This document shows, piece after piece, positions 1-10,375 of a stretch of DNA of 64,000 nt. Both the position numbers and the translations under genes were made by a program. The stretch's first letter is position 1. Every line of letters begins with the position of its first letter. The stretch comes from Candidatus Poribacteria bacterium (GTDB lineage Bacteria; Poribacteria; WGA-4E; PCPOR2b): contig OZ242351.1 in NCBI GenBank assembly GCA_965208675.1, forward strand, positions 1,984,001-2,048,000, in the 5' to 3' direction. The notes beneath the pieces are model-generated. The model searched no databases and was not told the origin of the DNA. It was given only the letters and a program-made list of their open reading frames with translations.

Positions 1-752
1 GCTCTGAGTTCAAATTCTTTTGCGAGTTTTTCCAGTTCTTCGATGATGATTCCGCCGTTCGGCAACCACAGCGGCAGACCAGGTCCTACCTCTTCATCGA
101 AAATGAAAATCTCTAATTCCTTGCCGAGTTTGCGGTGGTCGCGCTTTTTAGCCTCTTCAAGCCGTTGCAGGTGCCCTTTAAGTTCTTCTTTTGTGCGCCA
201 AGCCGTCCCATAGATGCGTTGAAGCATGGGTTTATTCTCGTCGCCGCGCCAGTATGCGCCGGCAGTGTTTAACAGCTTGAAGGCGTCGGGTCGGATGTGT
301 TTCGTATCTTCGACGTGGGGGCCTCGGCAGAGATCTTCGAAGGTATCATGACGGTATGTGCCAATGACGGGAACTTCATCGGTTGCGGCGCCGTATTCAT
401 CCGTACCGCCCTGCACGAGTCCGTCAATTAACTCTAACTTATAGGGTTCGTTCTTGAACAGTGTTCGCGCCTCATCAACGCTGACTTCGCGATAGGTGAA
501 TCTGTGGTTGCCCGCGATGATTTGCCGCATACGTTTTTCGATCTTTTTGAGGCTTTCCGGTGAAAATGCAACCGGATTGCCGTCGCCGTCCGTTCCCAAA
601 TCGAAGTCGTAGTAAAATCCGTTTTCAATGGGCGGGCCAATTGCGAGTTTAGCGTTGGGGTAGAACTCGGTTACGGCTTGCGCCATAACATGGGCGGCGC
701 TATGCCTGGTTTTATAAAGTATGTCCTGCTCGAGTTCATCTGATTTTAACAT
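1..752 (-). CDS. thrS: Threonyl-tRNA synthetase, 5' part (runs off window start)
   Basis: Manual translation from ATG at 752: MLKSDELEQDILYKTRHSAAHVMAQAV...AIGPPIENGFYYDFD...DLCRGPHV...AGAYWRGDENKPMLQRIYGTAW...RDHRKLGKELEIF, all ThrRS editing/catalytic motifs. Missing from ORF track because no stop in window. Confidence 0.97.
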   Translation of the reverse strand, partial: MLKSDELEQDILYKTRHSAAHVMAQAVTEFYPNAKLAIGPPIENGFYYDFDLGTDGDGNPVAFSPESLKKIEKRMRQIIAGNHRFTYREVSVDEARTLFKNEPYKLELIDGLVQGGTDEYGAATDEVPVIGTYRHDTFEDLCRGPHVEDTKHIRPDAFKLLNTAGAYWRGDENKPMLQRIYGTAWRTKEELKGHLQRLEEAKKRDHRKLGKELEIFIFDEEVGPGLPLWLPNGGIIIEELEKLAKEFELR

Positions 753-920
753 TATTTTTCCTACGGGAACGGCGTGTTGTTTTAAGAACGTGATTGAAAA
801 AAATGATGGTGAATTGACTTTTTTATATGCCAGAAAATCTCAATCGCGCGGGATTTACTAACGCCATCGCTATTCGTTCAGCTGATTCTATTCGGTCGCA
901 CGCGGGGCAAGATGACCCGA

Positions 921-1880
921 CTACAAGCCTTCACTGGGGCTAAGTTCTGTTTCCAGTTGCTCTAAGCAATATTCCCAGTATTTGACGGCGTATTTTTGAA
1001 CTTCCTCCGGTTGTCCCAAGCTATTGAGATAGTGTCCAATCCATGCAAGCAGTTTGACTCGCATATCCTTCTTGACGGCAAATACCTCCGGATCATATGC
1101 GATATCGTGAAAAGCGTCCCAGTCTTTAGGTGTGAGTTGAAAATCAATCTCACGATACAAAATTAAGTTTGCCATCAATGCCTTCGTAATTTGCCGAGGC
1201 AGGTCGTCACTAAACCCATAGAGCAATTCGGGCTCGAATACCTTATCTTGCGGAAGCGCTTGGAAATAACTCAGACGAAGGTCGAAATTATCCAACTGCC
1301 GATTGGCGACCGCGATGTCTTCAAGGTTTGTTATGGGACGCGGCATCGAAACGTGATCCAGCACGACTTGGGCAGCGTCAATGACCAGCTTTCGCCCGGA
1401 CATAGATTCCAGAAATTCGCGTTCCCAATCGTTGAAAACGGGGATTTCTTTCAGCGCGGTTTCTAGCGGCATGGGCTGCTCCAGAACCCTGAGTATTGAG
1501 GCTTCAAGCGAGCGCTGGGCACGCGCCACCAGTCCATCAACGAGCGTATTTCCGATTTGAAAAAATTTTATTGTGCGATTCTTATTCAGCAAAAGGACGG
1601 ATTTTTCCAAATCGCCCTTGCTGCCGTACTCCAGTCCTATACTTGTTAGCGCGAACGCCTCCTGAATATGTTTTCGAATGGCTGTAGACGATGCGAAATC
1701 CTCTGCTTTAATCGTAATCAGCTTGTGAGAGAGTACTGCGGTATCCTCGTGGATTTCATCTATTCTCTCAGGTGTTAATTCACCAGTCTTTTGCCCGATT
1801 GCGAGTGTTTGCGCGAAAAATAGTCGATTGTCATATTGAACTAGGGCATCGGTTTCAGGTATTTTTTTGTTCTTCGTCAT
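921..1880 (-). CDS. Hypothetical protein resembling C-terminal half of DUF6178 proteins
   Basis: Long ORF; segment AFALTSIGLEYGSKGDLEKSVLLLNKNRTIKFFQIGNTL resembles the recalled DUF6178 C-terminal motif. Start moved to MTKNKK (1880), overlapping the upstream gene end. Confidence 0.6.
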   Translation of the reverse strand: MTKNKKIPETDALVQYDNRLFFAQTLAIGQKTGELTPERIDEIHEDTAVLSHKLITIKAEDFASSTAIRKHIQEAFALTSIGLEYGSKGDLEKSVLLLNKNRTIKFFQIGNTLVDGLVARAQRSLEASILRVLEQPMPLETALKEIPVFNDWEREFLESMSGRKLVIDAAQVVLDHVSMPRPITNLEDIAVANRQLDNFDLRLSYFQALPQDKVFEPELLYGFSDDLPRQITKALMANLILYREIDFQLTPKDWDAFHDIAYDPEVFAVKKDMRVKLLAWIGHYLNSLGQPEEVQKYAVKYWEYCLEQLETELSPSEGL

Positions 1881-2709
1881 CTTCAATTTTAGATTTCTCA
1901 GATGTTTCGTCCGAATTGCCGCCTTCAAGATTCAGATTATCAAGATCGACCTTTTCAAAAACTTCCTCCTCCGTAATATCAATGCCAGCCACGGTATCTC
2001 GCGCTTGAACACGTTCGTCGCGCTGCTCCTTAACTTGGTCAAGGGCTCGATCGGGTTCTAGACCTAATTTTTGGCGATCTGCCGCCCGCGCCTCCAGCGT
2101 AAAGATTTCATTCAACAGACTTGTGAACAGATCTTCATCCGCTTCCCAAATTGCTGTTACGATGTCTCTTGTCCGCTCATCGGCATACACAATCTCCTTG
2201 GATGTAGGATCGATTAAACCTGCCTCAATGAACAGGGCTTTGTAGCTAGTTTTAACTTTAACGCGATCGTGCAACATGTTGGCAATTAACCTGACATCCA
2301 CGCGAGAGAGTAAAATCCCGAGCTCATCGCGGTCACATTCCGACAATTCATAAAGCCAGAGGTTGAGTGATTTTTCATCGAGTTTGCCGTGTCGCCATAA
2401 TGTCAGATCCATTAGTTCTTCAAACTGTTCTGGCGAAAGGCATTGTAACATAATCGATGCCAGTCCCGTGCCGATTGTCCTGTCCAATATTTGCAGCACA
2501 TCTTGTGTCGGGGTATTTTGGACGAGTTCGGTACAATCTTCCGCGAGGTAATAGAGTTCTTCCCGATCCCTAGCGTTCCGCGTGGACGAGATAATTTCTA
2601 GCTGCTGCCCTGTTGAATAGCTTTGAAACAGCGCCTCCGCCGCCTGCGTTGGCATTGCCAACAGTTTTTCGGCTTCTTGCGATGAATCAACGAGTTTGGT
2701 TTGGGTCAC
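1855..2709 (-). CDS. DUF6178-like protein (N-terminal half)
   Basis: 284-aa ORF with GGAG RBS before GTG; LSPEQFEELMDLTLWRHGKLDEKSLNLWL resembles the recalled DUF6178 N-terminal motif; acidic tail. Confidence 0.65.
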   Translation of the reverse strand: MTQTKLVDSSQEAEKLLAMPTQAAEALFQSYSTGQQLEIISSTRNARDREELYYLAEDCTELVQNTPTQDVLQILDRTIGTGLASIMLQCLSPEQFEELMDLTLWRHGKLDEKSLNLWLYELSECDRDELGILLSRVDVRLIANMLHDRVKVKTSYKALFIEAGLIDPTSKEIVYADERTRDIVTAIWEADEDLFTSLLNEIFTLEARAADRQKLGLEPDRALDQVKEQRDERVQARDTVAGIDITEEEVFEKVDLDNLNLEGGNSDETSEKSKIEDDEEQKNT

Positions 2710-2755
2710 GTAGTTCTCCCTATGGCATGCAGAAAAAAACGCGGACTCTTACAAA

Positions 2756-2812
2756 TGCGATTTGGAGATCGCCCCTACAGCAACGCGGTCGCGATTCGGA
2801 GATCACTCCTAC
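2756..2812. repeat. Tandem GTAG-type REP (family D, TCGCGATTCGGAGATCGCTCCTAC)
   Basis: Two copies at 2756-2778 and 2789-2812; related copies at 7443-7466, 7497-7518 and 21024-21047. Reverse strand starts GTAG followed by a hairpin. Confidence 0.8.
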
Positions 2813-2828
2813 AGCAAAAACGCGATAA

Positions 2829-2857
2829 ATTCTAACTTGTAAAGCGCATAATGTCAA
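2829..2857 (-). promoter_or_regulatory. Sigma70-type promoter for DUF6178-like operon
   Basis: Minus strand TTGACA-17 bp-TAGAAT. Confidence 0.7.
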
Positions 2858-2880
2858 GGTATGATTCACGGCGATTTGTG

Positions 2881-2909
2881 TTGACCGGCAAAAATGCGCA
2901 TGCTAAAAT
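2881..2909 (+). promoter_or_regulatory. Sigma70-type promoter for DUF2617-speE
   Basis: TTGACC-17 bp-TAAAAT with extended TGn. Confidence 0.65.
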
Positions 2910-3008
2910 CGAACGCCAAAATATTATGTAGGCGTATGAGGTGCAAAGCTAAAATTCACGATGGCGCACTTCTATTCCGCGAGATAAAATGACGCTGGAA
3001 AAACTTCC

Positions 3009-3548
3009 ATGACACGGTATCAGAATCAGTCAATGTCCGAACTAAATTTTTATCTCTTGGAAACCGAAAATTTGCCGGACGGCATAGAAGTCCTGCAACA
3101 TAAGCGTCTTCACCAATCAGACTATCAACTAGATTTGCGTGTGGTAAGTACGAGCCACGCCCTATCAATCCGCACGCCGTTTGCCGCAATAACCGAGATA
3201 GTCGCGTGTTCAACGATTGACAACATGCAAAAGGCTACGGTTTGTGGTAAGCGGCTGCATGAATCCGGAGGAGAGGTGTTTAGCTGCACCAATTTGCGGT
3301 ATACGATTGATTGGGAGATACAACGGTACACACCCGGCAATTTTTTGCAGCGGTGCCGGCAGTTAAATTTGCAGAAGAACGCGGGGATTTACTATGAATT
3401 TCCACGGGAATCAACCGGCGTTGAACACCCTGCCGTAACGCTCATCGAGTGTGACTGCCAACCGAAACGTATCCGTGCGCACACCTGCCATACTTATCCG
3501 AACGAATTCGGGATGGTTACGACGCAAACACAGATTGAAATGACATGA
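3009..3548 (+). CDS. DUF2617 family protein
   Basis: SHAL, TEIVAC and HTCHTYPNE motifs; ATGA-coupled to the aminopropyltransferase, the usual context of DUF2617. Confidence 0.75.
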   Translation: MTRYQNQSMSELNFYLLETENLPDGIEVLQHKRLHQSDYQLDLRVVSTSHALSIRTPFAAITEIVACSTIDNMQKATVCGKRLHESGGEVFSCTNLRYTIDWEIQRYTPGNFLQRCRQLNLQKNAGIYYEFPRESTGVEHPAVTLIECDCQPKRIRAHTCHTYPNEFGMVTTQTQIEMT

Positions 3549-5089
3549 ACACCAACCCTTCCGATCCGAACCTTCAATCTGTGAAGTCTCGAAGCGTTAT
3601 CCTGTTGCTTTCTACCTCAATCATCGCCGTTTGCGCGCTTGTTTATGAGTTAGGCATCGGGAGCCTATCGTCCTACCTTCGCGGCAACAGTGTCTACCAG
3701 TTTTCGATTACCATCGGGCTGTTCATGACGGCCTTAGGCATTGGATCCTACCTCTCCAAATATTTTACCCAACGACTCATGACGGCGTTTATTTCGGTTG
3801 AGTTGGCAATCGGATTCATCGGCGGTTTTTCGTGTCCGCTTCTCTTTGCGGCTTACAGCTTTAAACTATTCTACGCACCGGTGATGTGGGTCTTGATTAT
3901 ACTGATTGGCACACTCACGGGGTTGGAACTTCCGCTATTGACACGCATTTTCCGCGAATACACGCCGCTGCGCATCGCGCTAGCGAACGTCTTGACCTTT
4001 GACTACTTGGGCGGGTTGATTGGCGCCCTAGCTTTCCCGTTGCTGCTGCTTCCGGTGGTCGGAATTTTCGATATATCTATGGTAATGGGGTTGGCTAATC
4101 TTGCCGTTGTCTTCGTGAACCTGGTTATATTTCGACGTGAAATCCGACGGCTGAAATTAATCTGGTTTATAAGCGTGTTGACAGCAATTGGGCTAGCAGG
4201 CGGGTTGATAGCCAGCAACCCGGTCGGCGGTTATCTTGAGCAGCGCATCTATGCGGATAAAATTATCCAATCGAAAGCGTCCAAATATCAGCGGATTGTG
4301 CTAACACGTTGGAAGGATGATGTCCGCCTTTTCATCAACGGACGGCTGCAATTCAGTGCGATGGACGAACACCGGTATCATGAAGCCCTAGTACATCCTG
4401 CGGCTTCGCTCATTTCGCCGCGGTCAGAGATACTTGTACTCGGCGGCGGCGACGGGCTTGCGGTACGAGAGGTATTGAAATACAGCGATGTGAATACTGT
4501 AACGGTCGTTGACATCGATCCGATGATTACGAATCTGGCGCGCCGGGACAGTATATTCCGCCAACTGAACGGGGATGCCCTCCACAGTCCGAAGGTACAG
4601 GTGATAAACCGAGATGCCAAGCAGTTTCTTCAAACGACGGATGAGCGGTACAACCTTATTGTCATCGATTTGCCGGATCCGGATGATGAAGGGTTGGTAT
4701 CGCTTTATTCAAGGGAGTTCTACGAACTCGTCAAACGCCGCCTTACTCGAGACGGGCTTGCTGTCACGCAGAGTTCTTCGCCTTTCTTTGCGCGGAAAGC
4801 CTTTTGGTGTATACATCAGACGATTGAATCGGCGGGGTTGCATGCGATTCCGTACCATGTCTATGTACCAAGCTTTGGCGAGTGGGGATTCAATTTATTC
4901 GCTGCATGGCGCCCGAATTCGGAGGACATCAGCATATCGGTACCGACGCGATTTCTCTCAGATGCCTCAATTGCCGCCGTGTTTACGTTTGACAAAGACA
5001 TGCAGGAAATCGAGACTAAAATTAATACGCTCTTGACGCCGATTTTGATGCGCTATCACCGGTCAGGCTGGAAATCTTGGGGGCTGTGA
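3545..5089 (+). CDS. speE: Polyamine aminopropyltransferase (membrane-fused spermidine synthase)
   Basis: N-terminal multi-TM region; LQFSAMDEHRYHEALVHP, LVLGGGDGLAVREVLKY and IVIDLPDP motifs. Confidence 0.93.
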   Translation: MNTNPSDPNLQSVKSRSVILLLSTSIIAVCALVYELGIGSLSSYLRGNSVYQFSITIGLFMTALGIGSYLSKYFTQRLMTAFISVELAIGFIGGFSCPLLFAAYSFKLFYAPVMWVLIILIGTLTGLELPLLTRIFREYTPLRIALANVLTFDYLGGLIGALAFPLLLLPVVGIFDISMVMGLANLAVVFVNLVIFRREIRRLKLIWFISVLTAIGLAGGLIASNPVGGYLEQRIYADKIIQSKASKYQRIVLTRWKDDVRLFINGRLQFSAMDEHRYHEALVHPAASLISPRSEILVLGGGDGLAVREVLKYSDVNTVTVVDIDPMITNLARRDSIFRQLNGDALHSPKVQVINRDAKQFLQTTDERYNLIVIDLPDPDDEGLVSLYSREFYELVKRRLTRDGLAVTQSSSPFFARKAFWCIHQTIESAGLHAIPYHVYVPSFGEWGFNLFAAWRPNSEDISISVPTRFLSDASIAAVFTFDKDMQEIETKINTLLTPILMRYHRSGWKSWGL

Positions 5090-5233
5090 TCGCAAGTGAT
5101 AGCGGCTTTATGCGGGGTTGTGAAAGGGCTAATCGCGGTACGGCTTCGCCCTAAACTTTAAGGTTTCGATTCCGTCATAATCAGTATTGGGTTGACCTTA
5201 GATGGAGGTTTAATAAAAACGCAGGAGATGAGA

Positions 5234-6622
5234 ATGATTCGATACGAAAAATGTTTAGTTATTATTTGTACAGTGCTATTTTGCCCGCTCGTTGGTGTCT
5301 TGGAGACCCGCGCAGAAATTCAGGCTGAACGCGAGGCTGATGTGCCAGACGCACTTACACTTGAACAGTGTATTCAGCTTGCTGTTGAAGAGTCGTCTGA
5401 CATGCGAAATGCGGCGATAGATTCGGCACTTCAGGAACTCCGCATAAAGAACGCGCGAGCGCTCTATTATCCAGAACTATTCGTAAATGGACGTTATCTA
5501 GTTTCGGACCGCTCAAATCAGATATTTGACCAGCGTTTGCTTGGCGGCGCTCAGGAGGGTTCCGTGTCTATTGGGCACAACTATGATGCCGGGATTACGG
5601 CGCGGTATACATTATGGGATCATGGGCAGCGAAGGGCAAATTTCGATCGGGCAAAGGAGAGCCTCAACGCGACCGAGCGGCGGAACCGCCGGATAAAGCA
5701 GAATCTAATTTTTGATGTGACACAGGCATACTATAATGTGCTAAAAACTCAAGCGTTGGTCAAGGTCGATAAAGAGGTTTTGGCGCGTTCGAGGGAGAAC
5801 CGCGAGCGGGTAGAAGATTTTGTAAAGGCTGGCGTTCAGATTGAAGCGGATATTGCGACGGCTCAAGTCAGGGAGGCGAACGACGAATTAAACTTACTGA
5901 ACGACGAAAACGAACTTGAGATTGCGATGGCAAATCTACCGCGGATTATGGGGTTGGATCCGGGCACATTGATTACGGTGGCAGAGGACACAACGTATCA
6001 GTTGTACCGTGAAAACGGGAAGGTCGAATTGATTGAAATGCCGCTACAGGAAGCGATTCAACACGCCAATGAGAATCGCCCCGAATTTGGGGAGGCTAAA
6101 GCGAGAATTAAACAACTTGAATCGGATGTGGCACTGGCAAAGTTGGGGCGATGGCCGCGGCTAAACGCAGAGTCGAATTATGAACTCTCCATTGATGATT
6201 CGGTTGATGAATCCAGGAATTTCAATGATTTTCAGAATTGGAACATCACTGCGACGCTGAATTTTCCTATTTTCGACGGCGGGGTCACAAAACGGCGCAC
6301 GCAAGAAGCTACGCTGACGCTTGAACAGGAACGTGAGACGGCCGGAGATCTTGAGCGGTCTATCGCATTAGAGGTTCGCCAAGCGTACCTTAGCCTGAAG
6401 CGGGCGGAACGGGCGTTGGAAATCACTGACACGCAGGTGCGGAACGCGGAGTTAAGCCTTGAAGTGACGCGAGGGCGGTATGAACAGGAACTTGCCATTT
6501 TGTTGGAACTGCTCGACGCACAGACTGAATTCGCGGGCGCACTGACGAATCAGGTTCGCGCCTTCTACGACTATAAAATCGCACAAGCGGCATTGCAGCG
6601 CGCTATGGGCGTTCTCGGATGA
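5234..6622 (+). CDS. TolC-family outer membrane efflux protein
   Basis: Signal peptide, [21 protein letters not shown], two OEP-like repeats; AGGAG RBS before 5234. Confidence 0.9.
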   Translation: MIRYEKCLVIICTVLFCPLVGVLETRAEIQAEREADVPDALTLEQCIQLAVEESSDMRNAAIDSALQELRIKNARALYYPELFVNGRYLVSDRSNQIFDQRLLGGAQEGSVSIGHNYDAGITARYTLWDHGQRRANFDRAKESLNATERRNRRIKQNLIFDVTQAYYNVLKTQALVKVDKEVLARSRENRERVEDFVKAGVQIEADIATAQVREANDELNLLNDENELEIAMANLPRIMGLDPGTLITVAEDTTYQLYRENGKVELIEMPLQEAIQHANENRPEFGEAKARIKQLESDVALAKLGRWPRLNAESNYELSIDDSVDESRNFNDFQNWNITATLNFPIFDGGVTKRRTQEATLTLEQERETAGDLERSIALEVRQAYLSLKRAERALEITDTQVRNAELSLEVTRGRYEQELAILLELLDAQTEFAGALTNQVRAFYDYKIAQAALQRAMGVLG

Positions 6623-6704
6623 AAATGACTGGAACCGGATACAACAAACCACAGTTCGACGTTCAAAACCTACGCACGCAAATTACAATCCAAGGGGTAG
6701 CCAA

Positions 6705-7385
6705 TTGTTAATTGATGTCCGCAATCTAAAGAAGATATACGCAATCGGGAAAGTTGAAGTGCACGCCCTGCGCGGCGTTTCGTTTACTGTTGAATCCGGC
6801 GAGTTTATCGCTATCATGGGGCCGTCTGGTTCCGGAAAATCCACACTGATGGATATTCTCGGATGCCTCGCAAAGCCGACGGATGGCGAGTATTATCTTG
6901 AGGCACAAGAGGTCGGCAAGCTATCGGATAATCATCTTGCGGAGATTCGCAACCGAAAGGTCGGTTTTGTGTTTCAGTCGTTCAACCTTCTGCCAAGGAC
7001 GACGGCGTTACACAATGTCGAGTTGCCGCTTATCTACAGCGGTGTGGGGCGTAGAGAGCGGAAGCGGAGAGCTTTTGAAGCGTTGGAAGCTGTTGGATTG
7101 GCGGATCGCGTCAACCACAAGTCCAATGAACTATCCGGCGGGCAGATTCAGCGCGTCGCGATTGCGCGCGCACTTGTGAACAACCCGTCAATTACGTTTG
7201 CCGATGAACCGACGGGAAATTTGGACACAAAGTCGAGTGAAGAGCTGATGGCAATCTTCGAGCAGTTGAACCAAGGCGGCAACACCATTATCATGGTGAC
7301 GCACGAGGCGGACCTGGCAGCCCATGCGCAGCGGGTTCTCCACATTCGCGACGGATTGATTGAACGGGACGAGCGGCGGGGGTGA
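6705..7385 (+). CDS. ABC transporter ATP-binding protein (MacB/LolD-like)
   Basis: [46 protein letters not shown]. Confidence 0.95.
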   Translation: MLIDVRNLKKIYAIGKVEVHALRGVSFTVESGEFIAIMGPSGSGKSTLMDILGCLAKPTDGEYYLEAQEVGKLSDNHLAEIRNRKVGFVFQSFNLLPRTTALHNVELPLIYSGVGRRERKRRAFEALEAVGLADRVNHKSNELSGGQIQRVAIARALVNNPSITFADEPTGNLDTKSSEELMAIFEQLNQGGNTIIMVTHEADLAAHAQRVLHIRDGLIERDERRG

Positions 7386-7560
7386 TTGATTGAATTGTGA
7401 TGCGTGGGATTGAATGATGGGATGTGATTAGGGGAGTATGATTCGCGATGCGGAGATCGCTCCTACCGAAGGCGCGAGAAACCAGCGAGTATGTATCGTG
7501 ATTCGGAGATTGCGCCTAGCGAACTTACAGGAACTGGTATTTTAGTGAAATGATAATATT

Positions 7561-8523
7561 ATGCGCAGCGTGACGATTAGGACACCGGCTCGACTTCACT
7601 TTGCCCTTATTGATCTCAACGGTGCATTGGGTAGGATTGACGGCAGTATCGGACTGGCAATTGACGAACCGAATTTTCAGATAGAGGCTGAACCGTCGAA
7701 CCGGGTGCAGGTCGAATCCGTTCATTATCAAGCACGCGCGCGCGGCGTTGTCGAACGGCTGCAGGCGAAATTTGGGATAGGCGGGGTTAATCTCAAATTC
7801 CGATCCGAAATCCCCTATCACTCCGGATTTGGTTCCGGTACGCAACTGGCTTTAGGGATTGCCCAGTCGGTGAATCTCCTTTATGACCTTAATTTGAGCG
7901 TGACAGATTTGGCGCGAGCGGTGGGGCGCGGCGGGACCTCGGGAATCGGGGTTGCGGCATTTGAGGGCGGCGGATTCATCCTAGACGGCGGGCACTCATT
8001 CCCGGAGCAGAAATCGTCGTTTCTGCCGTCTTCGGCAGCGGAACACGCGCCACCGCCGCCCACGCTTCTGCGACATCCCTTCCCCGACTGGGACGTGCTC
8101 ATCGCCGTTCCTAATTGCAGTCGGATAGCGGGTCAAACCGAGGTTAATCTCTTTCAGAAACTGTGTCCTCAACCCCGATCCACGGCTGAACAACTCTCCC
8201 ACCTCATCTTGCTTAGACTCCTGCCAGCGATTTTTGAAGAAAATCTGGCTGCATTTGGGGAAGCCGTCAATTATATTCAAAAATTTGGATGGAAGCAGGT
8301 TGAAATTGACGCACACGGCGAGGTACTGCGACAGACGCTGAATTTCTTATTGGACAACGGCGCCGTTGGTGCCGGCGTTAGCAGTTGGGGACCGGCGATA
8401 TTTGCCTTTGGAGAAAATTTGATCGATTTGCAGGAAAAAACGAGAGTGTTCCTTAAAGGCAGGGAAGCCGGGGGGACTTGTTTCATCACGAAGGCGAATA
8501 ATACAGGTGCGGAAGTTGTGTGA
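7561..8523 (+). CDS. Beta-ribofuranosylaminobenzene 5'-phosphate (RFAP) synthase, GHMP superfamily
   Basis: TPARLHFALIDLNG..GRIDGSIGL, HSGFGSGTQLAL, GRGGTSGIGVAAF..GGFILDGGH, SSWGP, ANNTGA match the RFAP synthase family. Confidence 0.88.
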   Translation: MRSVTIRTPARLHFALIDLNGALGRIDGSIGLAIDEPNFQIEAEPSNRVQVESVHYQARARGVVERLQAKFGIGGVNLKFRSEIPYHSGFGSGTQLALGIAQSVNLLYDLNLSVTDLARAVGRGGTSGIGVAAFEGGGFILDGGHSFPEQKSSFLPSSAAEHAPPPPTLLRHPFPDWDVLIAVPNCSRIAGQTEVNLFQKLCPQPRSTAEQLSHLILLRLLPAIFEENLAAFGEAVNYIQKFGWKQVEIDAHGEVLRQTLNFLLDNGAVGAGVSSWGPAIFAFGENLIDLQEKTRVFLKGREAGGTCFITKANNTGAEVV

Positions 8524-8800
8524 TTTTTTGAACTGGGATTTGGGTGGTTGAATGATGGGCCGTGATTAAGGTCGGTGTAGCTTAATCCAACGTTTTTGGT
8601 TAATCGGTAGGCATGTGGGTTAGCGGAAGCGGTTCGGATATATGAAAAGCGTTGGGTTCGCTGCTGATATCGGACGCTCCGCGTTTTTGCAAATCTGGCA
8701 GGCAATTTTCGCATGGAACGTGTTAGCAGTTACCCGCTTAACCCAACCTACAAGAACTACAAGAACTTGGTGAGGTGGGGGATGAGTATTTGAGGGGTTT

Positions 8801-10057
8801 GTGGTTATGTCGAGGCGGAAGGGTGTGCTGTTGCTGCTGCCCACGAGAACGTACCGTGCAACCGACTTCTTGGCGGCGGCGGAGCGGTTAGACATAGAGG
8901 TCGTGGTGGGTTCTGACCGCCCGCAAACGCTATCCGAATTGTCGCCCCGCAAGACGCTGACGCTCAATTTTCAGGATGCAGCAAAGGGAACGGAAGAGAT
9001 TGTTCGGTTTGCGAGCGTATATCCGATTGATGCCATCATCGGCGTTGACGACGACACGACTATGCTTGCGGCAACGGCGTCGAAAGCGTTGTCTTTTCCG
9101 TACAACAGTGTGGAATCCGCTTACGCCACTCGAAATAAATACCGTATGCGGAAGGCGCTAGCCGACGCCGGTATTCGCTCGCCCCGGTTCAATCTCTTTT
9201 CAACGGATGACAATCCCGCGACGCTCGTAGATCAGATTGGCTTTCCGTGCGTTGTAAAACCCCTTTCTCTTTCTGCGAGCCGCGGTGTGATTCGCGCCGA
9301 CGGACCGGAGGAATTCATCGGGGCATTTCGTCGGGTAGCCGCGATTTTGCAAGCGTCAGACGCCGCCAATCGAGGCGATGCCGAGGCGCAACAGGTGCTG
9401 GTTGAAAGCTACATTCCCGGGATGGAGGTTGCCTTGGAAGGCATTCTTTTGGACGGCAAGCTCAAAACGCTTGCGATTTTCGACAAACCCGATCCGTTGG
9501 ACGGCCCGTTTTTCGAGGAAACGTTGTATATCACGCCTTCAAGGTTGCCAGACCATTTGCAGGAGGAAATCGCCGGTGCTACGGCGCATGCTGCGAAATC
9601 GCTCGGTTTGCGGGAAGGTCCGGTTCATGCAGAACTGCGGTTGAACGACGAAGGCGCATGGCTCCTTGAGATTGCAGCGAGATCCATCGGCGGGCTTTGC
9701 TCACGCACATTGCGCTTCGGCACAGGTATGTCGTTAGAGGAGCTAATCCTTCGACATGCGGTCGGCATGGAGGTTCAATCGTTGGAACGTGAAGCGGGCG
9801 CTGCCGGCGTCATGATGATACCCATCCCCCGCCCTGGCATCTTGCGTGAGGTGAGAGGCAAATCGGAAGCGGTGCGGGTCACCGGCATTGAGGGCATTAC
9901 CATCAGTATCCCGCTAGGACAGACGGTTGTTCCGCTCCCGGAGGGTTCACGTTACCTCGGTTTCATCTTTGCGCGGGGGAATGCACCCGCAGATGTCGAG
10001 CAGGCACTTCGGGAGGCGCATAGACGACTCGAATTTGTCATTAGACATCTTTCCTAA
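8801..10057 (+). CDS. ATP-grasp domain protein (L-amino acid ligase-like)
   Basis: RNKYRMR, FPCVVKPLSLSASRGV, LVESYIPG.E, HAELRL, LEIAARSIGG. Confidence 0.88.
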   Translation: MVMSRRKGVLLLLPTRTYRATDFLAAAERLDIEVVVGSDRPQTLSELSPRKTLTLNFQDAAKGTEEIVRFASVYPIDAIIGVDDDTTMLAATASKALSFPYNSVESAYATRNKYRMRKALADAGIRSPRFNLFSTDDNPATLVDQIGFPCVVKPLSLSASRGVIRADGPEEFIGAFRRVAAILQASDAANRGDAEAQQVLVESYIPGMEVALEGILLDGKLKTLAIFDKPDPLDGPFFEETLYITPSRLPDHLQEEIAGATAHAAKSLGLREGPVHAELRLNDEGAWLLEIAARSIGGLCSRTLRFGTGMSLEELILRHAVGMEVQSLEREAGAAGVMMIPIPRPGILREVRGKSEAVRVTGIEGITISIPLGQTVVPLPEGSRYLGFIFARGNAPADVEQALREAHRRLEFVIRHLS

Positions 10058-10093
10058 ATTATTCAATGTGGTGGGCACGCAGGTGGTGTCGGC

Positions 10094-10371
10094 GGGGCAA
10101 GATGAACCGCCTACGGAGAGGGATAAGGGTAACCACAAGGGTTGCCTCTACAGAAATTGAATCCGATGTAAGGGTAGGCATTATTCACCTGTCGCCCCCG
10201 TTGGGGCTCAATATTAGGTGTTACAATGAATTCAATATACCCGAAAATCTCTATCGCACTCGCTATTCGCTCGTTTGATCCCCTCCGGGGCTTAGTGATA
10301 AGGGCAGCCGCAAGGGTTGCCCCTACCGGGAATTAACCCGATGTAAGGAGTGGGGCAAGGTGCCACGCCTA
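10094..10371. repeat. Cluster of mixed REP-like hairpins (families A, B, C)
   Basis: GGGGCAAGATGAACCGCCTAC (10094, variant 10352), GGGTAACCACAAGGGTTGCCTCTAC (10127, variant 10302), ACCTGTCGCCCCCGTTGGGGCT (10187); all recur elsewhere in the window. Confidence 0.8.
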
Positions 10372-10375
10372 TGGG

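Noticed and set aside
5234-7385. Complete tripartite efflux system
   Set aside because: Only TolC and the ATPase are present; no permease or membrane-fusion gene nearby.
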